This document shows, one piece after another, positions 23,201-36,500 of a stretch of 64,000 nt of DNA (the stretch's first letter is position 1; every line of letters begins with the position of its first letter). The stretch comes from Marsupella aquatica (Eukaryota; Plantae; Marchantiophyta): NCBI GenBank assembly GCA_973895155.1, contig OZ316893.1, forward strand, positions 9,801,660-9,865,659, written 5' to 3'. Both the position numbers and the translations under genes were made by a program. Under the pieces are notes generated by a model. That model was given only the letters and a program-made list of their open reading frames with translations. It was not told where the DNA came from and did no database searches.

Positions 23201-26090
23201 TCCATCATGTTAGTAGACCTGGCACTGCCGAGGTTGTCGTGGATGCGGAAAATGTGAGGCCCAATTTGATTGAAGTTGAATCTGACAACAATCAGGCTGT
23301 TGGAGTTCCGAATTTCGAGACAGGCAATTCTTGTTTCGATTTGGCCGTAAATGAGACAAATGAAAGTCGCCGAACATTGGAAATGGAAGGGGAACGTGTT
23401 AGAGTCAGGGAGCTTGCGCTGCAAGCAGCTGCAAAGAGGATGAGTGAAGCCGCGAAGATATTTCGTGCAGGCCTTCCACTCACAGAAGGGGAGACTGGAG
23501 AAGCTTTTCATTTCCCTAGAGATCCAGAACATCAAAATATGGGGAGTGATGCCATTGAGAAAACTCCCTTGGATCAGGAGTCGGCACTTGTAGCTGCATC
23601 TGTACCTCTGCCAGTAGAAAATGAGTCAATTGGCTTGAAAACAGGAGGTGCAGATACAGAGCTGTTGGATTCAAGTTTTCCGATAGATGAGCATCTTTTC
23701 AGACGTGACAGACCCGACGGTTGGCCACTGGACAGATCACGTAATACTCTCCATCGTCAGGCTGAGGCTGCGGCAGAGGGGCGTTTGAGAAACTTCCAAC
23801 TATCCCAATCAAGTGCCTCGGGAGGTGTCTACAGGCAGGTCCCTGAGGAGGCAGAGAGTAGGATTGGCGAGTACGAGATGGAATCCGTTCCAATGAGAGG
23901 AAGGGTCATTGGAAGGGCTAGAATTCCTGAGTCATCGCGGCTTCTTTCTCGACCGGAGAAGTTACAGCGGACATCTGATGGCTCACCTCACAGTAACTCA
24001 CCAGTTTCTGTTATTGTAGAGAGGCAAATGGGGGGGGGCAGCAATCGTCAGCGGCAGACTCCGCTGTCTATAGGCGGTGCCAGGTATGATTCAGTCTGTT
24101 TTTCTTGTCCGGGATTGGTGTATTACACGCACAAAGGACGAATCATTCACTGCTAGATGTGAAAACACTCTAATTCCAGTTGTATCTGCTCCAATGGCGA
24201 GCAGTGTTTGCAAAGGCTGCCACGTCAACTGTTATCGTTTGGTCCTATCAAGGCCCCACCTTTGCTCTAGTCTACGTTTCAAAACTGTCTGTTGTGATAA
24301 TTTTGAAAGTATCTTCTGACTAAACTCGTTTTGGGGCGCATTGATCCATGGGTTTATTCGTCTCTGACTCGTTGAAAGAGGGAAGTGTATGCCTTAATTG
24401 ATAACTGTGCTCTACGTTTGCAGCCGTGCCGGGCCACTGGAGGCAGCACTACAACGATCTAAGGCAGCCAGTGAAGGTGACAGCAAAGGAAAAGCGATAG
24501 TACCAGAGCACGTTGCCCTCCCTATGGCAGTGCCTTCCAGCAGTATTCAAGTGGAAGCAGAGAGAAACAGCTCATTAAGAGTTCGCCTTGAGGATGGCAA
24601 TGTTGTTCTCCACACTTTTCCTGCAGGTGAGATCAGTGTTTGAGTTTGGGGTTTGCCAAAGTATGTAAGAGTTGTCTGTTGATGATTGATTCAATCAAAA
24701 TAAGTTACACCTGTCAGTACTGAACGCCTTTGGTTGTCATGTCTCTTGCACTTTGCTGCATACTCGAGGTTACTTACTAGGAGCCGCTTCGACAGAGGGG
24801 TGGAATTGTTTCAATAAGTATCTGACGTGTACTAGAACACTCGCTGATGGTTCGTCGTTGGGTCGTAATTGTGCTATTGCGGTAGGGCAAATCTTTGAGG
24901 GTTGTTTTCACGAAAGCTGTTGTTGGTGATGTTTTAGACACGGTGCTAAGGGCAGTTCGAGATTCAGTTGTACCAGAGGGTGCCGTGTCTTCCGAGTACG
25001 GCTTTGTAAGTCTCATCGAAAAACTATCTCGTGAAAGGTTTTGGGTTGGTTTTTCTGTTTGTGCAACTTCATTGACTAGGAAACCTGCGCTTGGATTTTT
25101 GGTTGTCATTGAAGCCTTGGTACTCAAAGTGAAATTCACATTAATAGTTTTCCTACGTGGAATTCTTTTTTCGGTGTAGGTGGTGCCATTTCCAGAGCCA
25201 CATTTTATGGAAGGAGATGCCTTGGCTGCCACTCTAGAAGAAGGTAAGACAGACTATCAAATTTGAGTATTTTTGGAGTCCATCTTGTGCGTTACTTGTT
25301 GAAGCCTGGGTTTTGGGTTACAATCAGTCGACATGGTCCTCATGTATTGTGAACTCGTTTGGAACAGTGGGGCTTGTACCTCGAGGGACAATTCATCTCA
25401 CGAAGTTGGCTACCAGAGGCATGGTTCGACAGGGTAGAAGAGCGTCCCGCCGAAGACGGTACCTTGAAGATAGTGATGATGAAGAGGACCAGATTGAGGG
25501 TATGATCCGTCATTTGGCACAGCGCATGGGTGATCGCCCAGATCTATCTTATGAGGAATTGATGGAATTGGAAGAGAGCATTGGCAGGGGTATGTCCATC
25601 ATTCGATACATCTTTTCAGGATTTTGTGGAAATGAGTAAAAAAGGAATTATACTAGCCGGATGGAGATGAACCTTCTAGCTGTGCCTATTTAGGATTGGG
25701 TTTCCTTTCTTTTAAATTGTATGGACTTCAGCCTTAGATTCGATCCTTCGTTAGTTTCTGGCTTCTTGTTTGGTAATGTTTACTGTTCCAAACCTGTTGA
25801 CTGTCACCTTCACTAAGACTAGTTCTTTTGTTTTAGCAGTAAATGTTGGCGTACCAGAGCAGGTTATCACAACTCTCCCAACTCATATTGTGAAAGCAAA
25901 GAAGGTGGAGACAGCGTTAGAAGATAATGCAGAAGGAGAACTGGATCTGTGCATAGTGTGCATGGCTGAAATGGTTGATGGGGAGGAGGCTTTATCTCTG
26001 CCTTGTCTTCACACTTTCCATACAGTATGTATACGACAGTGGTTGCTTCAGTCGACTTGCTGTCCCACCTGCAAACAAGCCTTAGTGTAA
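20278..26090 (+). CDS. UBA-UBX-UBX-RING-H2 protein, ~1053 aa, 10 coding exons (putative CDC48/p97 adaptor with an E3 ligase domain)
   Basis: Phase-consistent GT-AG exons 20278-21036, 21466-21697, 22417-22561, 22742-22911, 23039-24083, 24424-24626, 24938-25005, 25180-25243, 25368-25589, 25837-26090. UBA LEAMGFPSEWCERALK; UBX1 ELHIRCP...SLKDVRTYV...IPFPRQEF...TLAEAQLVPRGTL; UBX2 SLRVRLEDG...VPFPEP...TLEEVGLVPRG; LSYEELMELEESIG; RING CIVC...CLHTFHTVC...CPTC. Confidence 0.88.
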
Positions 26091-27367
26091 GCAACTGTTG
26101 TGTTCTGATCTGAATTGTTCAATGTACTGTTTTCAAAGTATTTTTGACCGCAAGCTTTGCATTTCCGGTAGTTGGTGGAGTGGTGCCTGCAGACGCAATT
26201 GAAAGCTCCGTAGCAATTTGGGGTGCTTAGGCTGTCAACTTGGGCAGATCTTTTGTACAGTTGGACCAATCGATGCCATAGAAATCTTAGATGTCTCCTA
26301 TGTGGCGCTGGTGGCCAAAGTTGGCAGACGTCAGCGTCACGGACTGCATCCGAGTCATTCTTAAGCCCTACTGTTACGGGCCTAGTATTTTCATTCTTAG
26401 TTTTGCTCGACTATTGTGAAAAATTGTCAGAAATTTTCAGCGGGCAGCTTTGCGGTATACTCTTATAATAACAGGTTGATCCTTTTTCCAGTAAAGAATG
26501 TATTTTCGCCCGATTGCTTGCAGGCTCCTCTGTAGTTTCATTTTATGCTTCGCCCTTCTCTATCAAAATCCGTGCACCCCGTGTTCTTATGTATGCTTTT
26601 GGAATTGGGAAACCGACTACAAACGTTTTATTGGCCTCTTAGCAATCTTGTATTTGTCATGGGTCGGTGTAAAGGTCTTCACAGGAAACGTTTTGACACT
26701 TATTATGCTCAGAAAGTCGAGGCACAGTCAAATCCACTGCTATGGTAGGGAAACAGTAAAACCCACCGATCAGATAGTTTTATGGAACTTGCATTAATCG
26801 GCATCCTTCTGGTTTAGAAACACGCAGCAAATTGTCACGGTCAGATCCTTATCTGTCCATGTCCTCTTCTTGGGTAACTACTTCCACACCTGTGCTCTTA
26901 GTCAGATCCCTCTTATGGACCAATGTAGCCCCAAAAGAACGTAGCAGCAGGGTTGTCACATTCGACAGATCACAATAGAGGCAGTCATTGTGTTTTCTAG
27001 TCGTTTACTGTAAAGTGTGGATGCGTACGTGGTCAAATTATTCCGGGGATTTGAGTTGGAAATGCCAGTGATAGGAATGTCGGGCACTGAGGAGTGCCTC
27101 TTGTCGGTTCTCAAGAAATTGTCTTTCTCCATCAAAAGAATTTCTAGAGTGCCGATTTATTGTTGATTTGTTCTCATGGTTCTCTCACAAATTACAAATC
27201 AATGTGTGCGCCGGGGTCTTGTGCTGAATACTTTGGCGAGACTGAGTACGAATGTGAGTAAACCTTTCCGGGAAAGCGATACATAATTTAGAGAAAAAAG
27301 TATGCATTCCTTTTGTAAAACAACAACGATCGCATCATTCGCTGTCTTGTTATTTGGTTTGTGATGA

Positions 27368-27556
27368 AAGAGAGTTCGGTCACAAGAACGTCCAATGAAT
27401 CTATGATTTATAAATATAATTACAATTAATCTAATCAGAGTCCAAAATGAAGCCCGGATAGAAGAGAGTTCGGTCACAAGAACGTCCGATGAATCTATAA
27501 TTTATAAATATAATTACAATTGATCTAATCAGAGTCCAAAATGAAGCCCGGATAGA
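27368..27556. repeat. Tandem duplication, 94-bp unit x2
   Basis: AAGAGAGTTCGGTCACAAGAACGTCC...GAAGCCCGGATAGA repeated with about 3 substitutions. Confidence 0.9.
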
Positions 27557-28397
27557 CCTTTAGATTTGTCAAAATGCTCCCATGGATCTTTGCAACTGGG
27601 ATGGACTGGATAGACCTCTAGGTCGCTCCCATGGATCTTTGCAACTCAGATGTACGTCGTTGTACTCACAATGTGACAGAATATTCCCAATTAGTCCATC
27701 CCAATTGTATCTTTTTTGTCTAGAGTCCATGGGAGCATCATTTTCACTCAGAGTCAGATTTTTGATTAAAGTTAAATATGTTATTATTATATCCACTTTT
27801 TATGCAATCAGTGGAACTTAAGCTCCTTGTCATAGAATCATTTAAAAGATCAATAAAGTTTAGTGTATGGGTGGCTAATAGATTTGGGCCTCACTAAGGT
27901 TCTTGTGTGTGATCCTATGTAGGTAGCTGTTGATAATATGAGCCGTGAACCTCGTGTGTTGATCACCTATGTGTTTGTTGGAAGTTGCACATATGCAAAC
28001 ATCCCACTCCTTATGGGTTGCAACACTGCCATACCTCACCTGGCCACCACGTGGGCTGCCCCAGTCAGCTTTGACACCCCATATCAAATTAACATCATTT
28101 GTTATCTTATCAGTTGTGTCACTCTCCTGATTACCAGTTCCTAAAATAAAGATGAAGACACAAAAAAATCCTTCCAAAACAAATATTCTATGTTATTTCA
28201 CTATTATCTTTGTCCCCATCCGTCCACCTTCACTTTTGTCCTTATTTAGAGTCACTGGTTTTGCCTTGTCCTCATTGAGATAGTAGATTTGCATTAAGCT
28301 ATAGTAGCTTTGCATTGAGCTTTGGGCTGTCTTTGCATGTGCCATCATCTTCAAAAAGGCAGCCCTTACAACCCCTGAATTGCCCGCAAAAAGTGAC

Positions 28398-28596
28398 ACA
28401 CAAAATCTGCACACAATTGGCTAAGGCAAGTGTTTCAACTTGTTCAACTGCAAGGTCGAGAAGGTAAGGGCACAAAATCTGCACACAATTGGCTACGGCA
28501 AGTGTTTCAACTTGTTGGACTGCAAGGTCAGGGACAGTAAGGGCACAAAATCTGCACACAATTGGCTAAGGCAAGTGTTTCAACTTGTTAGACTGC
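28398..28596. repeat. Tandem repeat, ~70-bp unit x3
   Basis: CACAAAATCTGCACACAATTGGCTA(A/C)GGCAAGTGTTTCAACTTGTT three times. Confidence 0.88.
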
Positions 28597-29690
28597 TAGC
28601 CTCCAAGGTTGCAGCCCTTGACCTTGAAAGTGCACTTGTTTGCCAAGAATTCAGCCCTTGCCCTTGAAAGAGCACTTGTTTAGCGGTGAGGGCTGGCTCA
28701 AGATAGGGAGAGGCAGGAAAGTCTGGGTGAGTCCCATGGTTCCATCTTAGGGCCCATTATTTTCAGGACCCTCACATGCCCCCTCACATGCAAGACAGCC
28801 ATTATTAATAAGATTTGATCCAAACTCTTCTACGTGTAAGCTTCGGTTTCTGCACCCTACGAACAAACCCACCAAAGCAAAACCTACACAATTACCAACA
28901 GCAAAAAAAAGGACGAACGTGGATCACATTTGGGAAGACGCCTAAATCGAACCCCTTCCAGAATGAGAATAGTGCGACAATGCGATCTGGATTCTCCAAG
29001 AATAGGATCTGTCACGAATTGAAAAGCTCTTTCATACCCGAGAGCAAATTCATCTGCACTGGAGAATTCTCCATGATTCCATCAACCAGTCGACACCGAC
29101 TGACGCACACGAATGAGCTAATCTCGTAACTGAAAATGGGCGAAACGACACTTTGTTCCCTGCTCTCTCTTTGGCAATTTCATAGCCTCATTATGTAACT
29201 ACTACGACGAAACGAGTGGCTCCAATTGTCGCCTTGCCCGGCTGGTGCCAATTAGCTCCAGGAGATGGCTCGCCTGACCTTGTTGCGTAACAATGACGAG
29301 CCATCGATTGGTTTACGAGAAGTCGGGCAAGGTGTCGTCGATTCTGTAGCCAGCGAGAGTCCCATTGTTGAAAATGCGGAGCCTCTTCATTTTGGTCGGC
29401 CTAAACTGTTCTTCCATTGGTGAATCCCATCGAAACTCATCGGAGGAATTAAGGTTCTTCCTCATCAGCGACGCGGCTACGGTACCATTCTGGCTTGACC
29501 TGACCCATTCTTCCATTGATGAATCCCATCGCAACTCACTATACTCATTAAGGTTCTTCGTCATCAGCACGGCGGTAGGGTACCATGCGGCTGCACGAAA
29601 ACGATTTTCTATCTGGAACGACAGCTCCATCATCCTCCGGGCCGTAGGAAAAGGTAAACTCAGTTGAACGCACGCTACGAAAAGAAAACC

Positions 29691-30281
29691 ATGACCGCGG
29701 AAGACATTAGAGAAGAGGCCGCTGAAACCGCGCCTTCCAGCGGAGCGAGCGATTCCGATGATGAGCAGAGAGAGGATGCGAAGAAAACCTACGACATCGA
29801 TGAAGGAGAGAACGCTTCGGGGAATTTCGAGGTCGACACTATTGTAGAAGCAGAGAGGAGCGAGGACGAGGACGACCAATCCCATCGGGGCGAAACGGAG
29901 GGGACCCTTGAGCACCACATTGGACCAGATTCTTACGGAGACGGAAAAGCCAAAGACGACGAAGAGGATTGCCCGTTCTGTTTGTACATGAAGGCCGGCG
30001 AATGCGGAGAAAGCTTTGTGAATTGGGAAGAGTGTATAAACGAGGGAGAGAAAACGGGGGAGGACGTGGTCGAGAAGTGCGTGCTAGTCACTCGCTTGTT
30101 GACGCAGTGCATGCGAGCCAATGCGGACCATTACGGCCCCGTCTTGCAAGCCGAGAAAGCCATGGCCGCAAGCGTCGCCAGTGGGGATGGTCTCGACGAC
30201 GCCACGGCGCAAGCAGAACTCACATACACAGAGGCGGTCGAAGTCGGAGCCCAAAGTGCAGTCCACGAGGCTGAGGGATGA
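29691..30281 (+). CDS. GCK-domain (twin CX9C, CHCH-like) protein with an acidic N-terminus, intron-less
   Basis: ATG at 29691; CPFCLYMKAGEC-x9-C...C-x9-CMRANADHYGPVLQAEK is the plant GCK family pattern. Confidence 0.85.
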   Translation: MTAEDIREEAAETAPSSGASDSDDEQREDAKKTYDIDEGENASGNFEVDTIVEAERSEDEDDQSHRGETEGTLEHHIGPDSYGDGKAKDDEEDCPFCLYMKAGECGESFVNWEECINEGEKTGEDVVEKCVLVTRLLTQCMRANADHYGPVLQAEKAMAASVASGDGLDDATAQAELTYTEAVEVGAQSAVHEAEG

Positions 30282-30722
30282 TGTTCATTAGAGCAACCAT
30301 AGCCGATCATGCTCGAAAAGCTCAGGTGAAGAACATTGCTTTTGAATGCGCGGAACAGTAGGAATTCTGACCATCTCTAGATCATGAAGAGTGATGTAAC
30401 GCACCAACAATCGCTTTGCATGCGCGGAATCGTAGCTTAGGTTTTCCGATTCCGAAGCACCCTTAATATGTTTCATCCATCAATTTTGCTAACAGAGAAC
30501 ACCGGTAGAGTTAGGAAAATGGAGTCTTCCCATCATGGAGCAATATTGTTACATTTCATCAATTTTGAATAAGAGAGGAGCCCACTACTCTGGGTGGCTT
30601 TACAAGAAGTGGAGGCATTTGTGACTTTTTGTGGAGGGAAGCAAAACCACCTGGAGGGTCATTTCTTGTTCTAAATATATTCCATTAATCACAAATCCTT
30701 TGACATGAAGCTCAATAAAATA

Positions 30723-30970
30723 ATGCAAAGCCAGTGAACGAGAGGAGCTAAGTTTGGAATGTTTGGAGGTGGTCTACAATTCTAAACAAACAGGCACTCC
30801 ACATTAGTGTCTTTTGGGGGCCTCCTATTTGCCATGTAGGTCAATAAACGAATGCAAATCCAGTGAATGAGAGGAGCTAAGTTTGGAAATGTTTGGAGGG
30901 CGTCTACAATTCTAAACAAAGCAGGCACTCCACACTAGTGCCTTTTGGGGGCCAGCTGTTTGCCATGTAG
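30723..30970. repeat. Tandem duplication, ~129-bp unit x2
   Basis: ATGCAAA(G/T)CCAGTGAA(C/T)GAGAGGAGCTAAGTTTGGAA...TTTGCCATGTAGG twice. Confidence 0.85.
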
Positions 30971-33537
30971 GATGGGTAGACACCATATGTGAAATGGATC
31001 CAAATTCTAGTAATAATTTTTTTGGGGCTGTCTATTTGCCACCATACTTGCATGTGCCCCAAGTTCTTGTAAAGCTTTTTTTTGTTTTGTTTTTGTTTGG
31101 GGGGGGGGGGGGGGGGCATGGTGCCTGAATGTGCCCTAAGTCTTTGCCAACTCATTTTATGGGTCAGGTCAGATTGAACCTCATAAGGAGTTCGAAAAAA
31201 AGAGTAATCCTCACCCACTTCTTGTAAACCCACCTTTAATGTTCAGTTGCTTAAAGCTCCTGGTTTTGAATTTTGGTGATGAGGGTAGTCCAATTTCTAA
31301 GACAAATACAGCAATTGCTGCCACCTTCATTTTCATAGAAAAAGTACCATTTACTGGCACCTTTGTTTTAGAGAAAAAAAAAAAAGGTAGAGAACCCACA
31401 CTAGTCGGAGGGAGAGCTCTTTTTACAAGCAACAGCCTGCTGCTCTCTTTAGAGCTCAGCCTTCTCTTGAAGGAATGAAGAAGGTTCAATTGAAGAAGAT
31501 CAGAGTGATGGCTCAGCTGCAAAGAAGTTAAGAAGTTTCTTTGCTAGGTTACAAGTAGCATGTGAAGATCAAGTGGGAGCTCTGCAAGTGAATATGTTTG
31601 GTGCAGAGTTTAGACTCTCAAATGCTTTTAAAAAATCAATGAAAAGATTGCTTCACACAATCATTTTGCAATCCATTATCAAACATTTCCCCCCAGAAAA
31701 ACCTATGTAACACTATTTACCTGTTGATAGCAATCAATGTTTACACCAAAAAGTGTGGGTAACACTATTTACTGCCATGTCTCCAAACTTGTCTTGCTTT
31801 GCAAATAATGTGACCCACCCTAATTACTGTAAGCAGCGTAGATTGACTTAGCGGATGTAAAAACTCCCATTCCACTGCGCTGGTTATGAAATGGGATGCA
31901 TGGCAGCCACAATTGCATGAAGTCAATACGTGGGTTTCTTCCAATTTTGAAGCAAATTTCTTCAGACGTAGTCAATCTTGAACCATAGATCATTCATAGA
32001 GTTGGGAAATTAGACTTTAGTGGCAAACGAAACTGTCAGCGGATTCGCGACTATGTGGCTCTTCCATTTTAAGGCAGTTTTCTTGTTCCATGTCGTCTAG
32101 TTGGAATGATTGAGGAACAATTATTATCGCTCAGGAGCTACAGTTTCACAGCAAAAGCGTCTTAGTAGAACAATTCGCTCAGAATTATATTTCCCTCGTT
32201 CGCAATCGAATTTACTAGAGGGTCGGTCAAACTGGTAAGCGAAGCCCAAGATGAAGATGAAAGGCAACTGACAGTTTGGGGACCCAGTGTTATTTAGGTG
32301 GCCTTAGTTCTCACTGCACAATTTGTCAAGAAGAGGGCGCTATACATTCTCCAGTGAAGACTTGGGCGGGTTGGTTAAGAAACTAAGGCAGCACTGTGGT
32401 AGCGATGTGAACTAGCACACGTGACAAACTACCTTCTCATTCTGTGAATTGGAGAGCTGCAGAGGATGTATTTAGAAGGGCGTGGTTTTCACTCTTTGTT
32501 TGGCAGTTGAACCTGCTAATCTGTACTGTCAATATGTGGACATGTAAACAATTTCACGGGGAACTTCCAAAATGCTCATTACACTTCTTTTGAGACTCAT
32601 CATCTTTAATCGAGTGTCGTATCCTCAGGCTTATCCTCTGGGGAAGACGTTAAGTCAGTGCTTACTGTGGTCCTTGTGATATTGGGAAGCGGCACTAGGC
32701 AAATGGAAACTCTGCCACAGAATCGACCCACGACTGTAAACACCCATATTATGTACTTTACTCCGTGAACAAATCTTGCTCGTATTGCAGATTGCACAGT
32801 TTTGGCCAGCAGACGATTGCAACATGCACTGTAGTCCAGTAAAGAAGCCGCGTATGAACTTGTCATTACCCCCAACATCCATTCGCTTAGAGAACATGTG
32901 GTACGACGGACCAGGACTCTAACGCCCTGGTCGTGTATGCAGCACAGGCACGAGGGACTCGCTGCCACAGCTTGCCAATGAATATTTCTAAACGTTTCCC
33001 CTTGATTTCTACTCTTGCAGTCTACTAATTAGGCGAATATTGCAAATCTCATGATACTGGAGCTCTCCAAACGCTAATCCTTTCCTGTCACAGTTGTTGA
33101 TCCTGATCTACTTCCAAGTCACATGAAGATTACAAGAGCCACCATAGTGGGAATCTACTTCCACGAATTACTGGTGTAATCGAGGTACGTCAAGCATGTT
33201 TTGACAGCAGTCCAAGGGATACCGTGCTTGCAATTTCATAAATCACTAAGCATGAAGAGAAGAGATAAGCCACCGAATTTAAAAATGCCTGGCACCAATT
33301 TCTAGTCAATGCAGAGGCCACTGTCCACGGTGCCATGAGAAGCCAACAGCTCCATGGCTAAGCCTATAAAACACTCTGCACCAAAAACAAATCAGATCAG
33401 TTTATTGGGTCAACTGGTGCAACCAAAGGGAGCTTGAGACAAACCACCCCATGTCCAGTTTTAGTCGGGTTGTGTACCGGACATATACAAGAGTCATTAG
33501 AGATGCGAAGGCAGTGGGCGTACAGACTAATGCTTAC

Positions 33538-36500
33538 CTCTTAACCTCCCGAAGTCTTGGATCATGAACACTAAATGGGACTTTACACCAGCGGCTGTCA
33601 TTTCTAGGAACCGGCACTTTCGGGTTATCTGCTGCATACACCTGCACACAAACATTTCAAAAACCGTGTTTTGAATGTGGGTTTTGGGACTTTTAAAGGT
33701 CTTGAGTAGCCGAGCCCACTGACGAAGAGAAAACACGAGCTCCTATTCAGAAACCAGAACTTTAAATGAAATCTGCTCAATGTTTGAACCATTTTGCATC
33801 ACAATCTCTTGTTACTCTGGATATATAAATCAATCCTCCCACTGGTAAAGACTCGCTTAAGTGCAGAACAAGCAGACAAGGCAGCGCTGAACCTCATTCC
33901 AGACACGTGTTGTACCACTGAAAAATAAGATCTCGCAATCTTGAATCTCATGACCCCACTCGTCAAGCTTCTGCAAGTAAAACCACCAGGCAGAATGAGG
34001 TAAGGATACTGTCCTGAGGTAATGTCCATCATTGTACATCTTTTGAGGTTAGAGGTTAATTGAGCGAGGCATATACACGACATAGGAAATCAAACCTTTA
34101 CGCACAATAGCAAGCAGATTTATTAGGTTCCCGAGGCTTCAATTATTCTTAGAGACTAACTTTCACAGCGCTGGTCCTTTTGGCAGACATGACTTGTCAT
34201 CTAATAGTGTAGGGATGCCGCCCTGCATAGTAGAAAGTTGCAGTAATCAATGCACTACTCCACGTTGCGGATATTTTACAGAGAGTTCTTTTCTGCTGAC
34301 TGGTTGGAAAAGCCGATGGATTCTAGCCAAAGCAAGGCCGAGTTTGTGCAAAGGGTGGGTACTTATGATACTTGAGGGCTAACTCTGGCTGGACAGATTT
34401 GGTTGAGTCGTTAATCCGAAAGTGTTCTATCAAACATAGTTATCAAGGAATCGTGTTGTCAATTTTCCAATTCATGAACATTTTAGTGAGAAACAACTAT
34501 AAAATTGAAGATAGACAATGTACCTCGCAGACACGAGAGAAGAATCTGTCAGCTTCCCTAGCACGAATGGCACCGCCGACTGTCATTCGACCAGGCCCCC
34601 CTTGCCTCAGATACTTTAGTTGTGACTTTCCCTGTTTTGCACGGACTGTATATGCAGTTATCACCTGTTACAAGTCAAATTGGGATTAAAATGTGAAACT
34701 GGCATAGAGGGAGACTACGAATAATGTGAAAGAAAAACACTTCCACTCTGATTCTGCAGCATTTTCGCTTTGTTAAAGATTCCTCTAATATTATAGGAAA
34801 TTCTCTTTGAAATCATCCTTAACTTTCTAACAACATGGTTGCATGCACAGCACTCAAGCATGAACTTCACGAAATTCATCAAAATTAGTGTAGTTGTGCT
34901 TTGGTCAATATCTAAATTGAAATAATCTAATCGACTCGTAAACAGACAAGATATCACCTTATGTAAGAGAAGTTGTCCATCATTGAAAATTGCCAACGCA
35001 GCTGCATTGCTTGACAAAAGAGCTAGAAGCTGCTTATTTCCTTGACGCTCTCGCCTTTGATGCAAGCTTTGCAAGTATCTGTAGGCGTGAAAGTGACCGA
35101 CTAAGGAGTTGATCCTCAGAACGCAAAGGGAAAATTCCTTTCAAAATTTGCTAAAGGATGTTGGTCATATCCGGAACCACAAAACCAATTCTCCTTGCTC
35201 TTGAATTTGCTATTAATCTCAACTCGTTTACGTCTGATCTGACCTTAAACCATTGGTCCCGGAAAGCGATGAATGTTCCTAATTCTTCGTCTAGTTTATC
35301 ACTCAAAGCTTATTCTCTACACCAGGAACGACGTTTGCACAAACTTTTGGCAACAAGGTTCCGTGCACATCTAGTTATAATCTCATCTTGTGTATTCGCT
35401 GGAGTATTCATTCATAGACAAGGTACCAGAACAGTACTCCGTTGGTGTGCAGCAAGAAGGAAGCGGGGGCTGAATTGAAGGGGGGATGAACTCAATTCGC
35501 CAACCTCCTCGAGATGGATTCACCTGGGTACAAGAAGCTTCCAGCACATACGCCAACGACTATCAGATAAGACCGAGGCACATGATCAGGCCTCTATATT
35601 TTCCAAACTGAATTCACATGACGGGCTGTGGCACCAGAAATTGGGACCAGGAATATCCAGAGAAGAAATCCGATAGAACTTCCTCAATCACATGCCAAAT
35701 TAGCACACATACGAAAGTGTAGGTCGTCACCAAGAGAATGAGATTATCAAGACTTTCTTGCTCATAAAAGTGCGATCTCCTGATGACCCGATACAGCATA
35801 TAGCCACGCCCTTAAACCGTGGCTAATCAAGATCTATTACAAGTACAAAGAAGCTAACCTACTCTCACTCCAAACATAATCTTTGCATTATCTCTCAAAA
35901 CACAAGGGAGACGAAGTGAGCTAAATGAGGTCTCGTTGAAGAATTTCGCATTACACCTCCAGGAGAAGCGAGGGATAGTATGAATCAACGACCTAGCATA
36001 TCTCATGGGTAGACGACATAAAACAACAAACCGTCACATTACACAATAGCAAACCCAAGGGGCAAGGCCGACCAATTTTACAATGAAAGAGCATATTCAA
36101 TTTGAAACTGAATGTACCTCCAAAAATCTCTTCTGCTCACAGTCCCATGCCAGGTCTTCACATCCGCAAAGACAGTCGTACAACACATCTCCGGTTTCCT
36201 CCCACGAAAACTCTTTAAGGTGCTGGAGCCCCAGTTCTCCCAACCTCAACCGACTTACTTTTGCTGGTCCATCCAAAGTATCATTCACTGCGTCAAAAGG
36301 TGGTTCAAAGTTTTTAATAATTGAGAGACCTTGTTCCCTGTCAGGCATTCTGTTTGTGTCTGGTAGCATGTCAAATTCACCAGATTCTGCAATGGGCATT
36401 TTCCCATCCGTGATCCTGAATTTCTCCTTGGCAAACTTATGGCATGCCCCGAATTCATCAACTGGGACCATGCTTTCATCAAGAGCAAGACTACCATTGC

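Noticed and set aside
31205-31260. KPTFNVQLLK resembling the end of a gypsy integrase
   Set aside because: Too short, with no supporting flanking homology.
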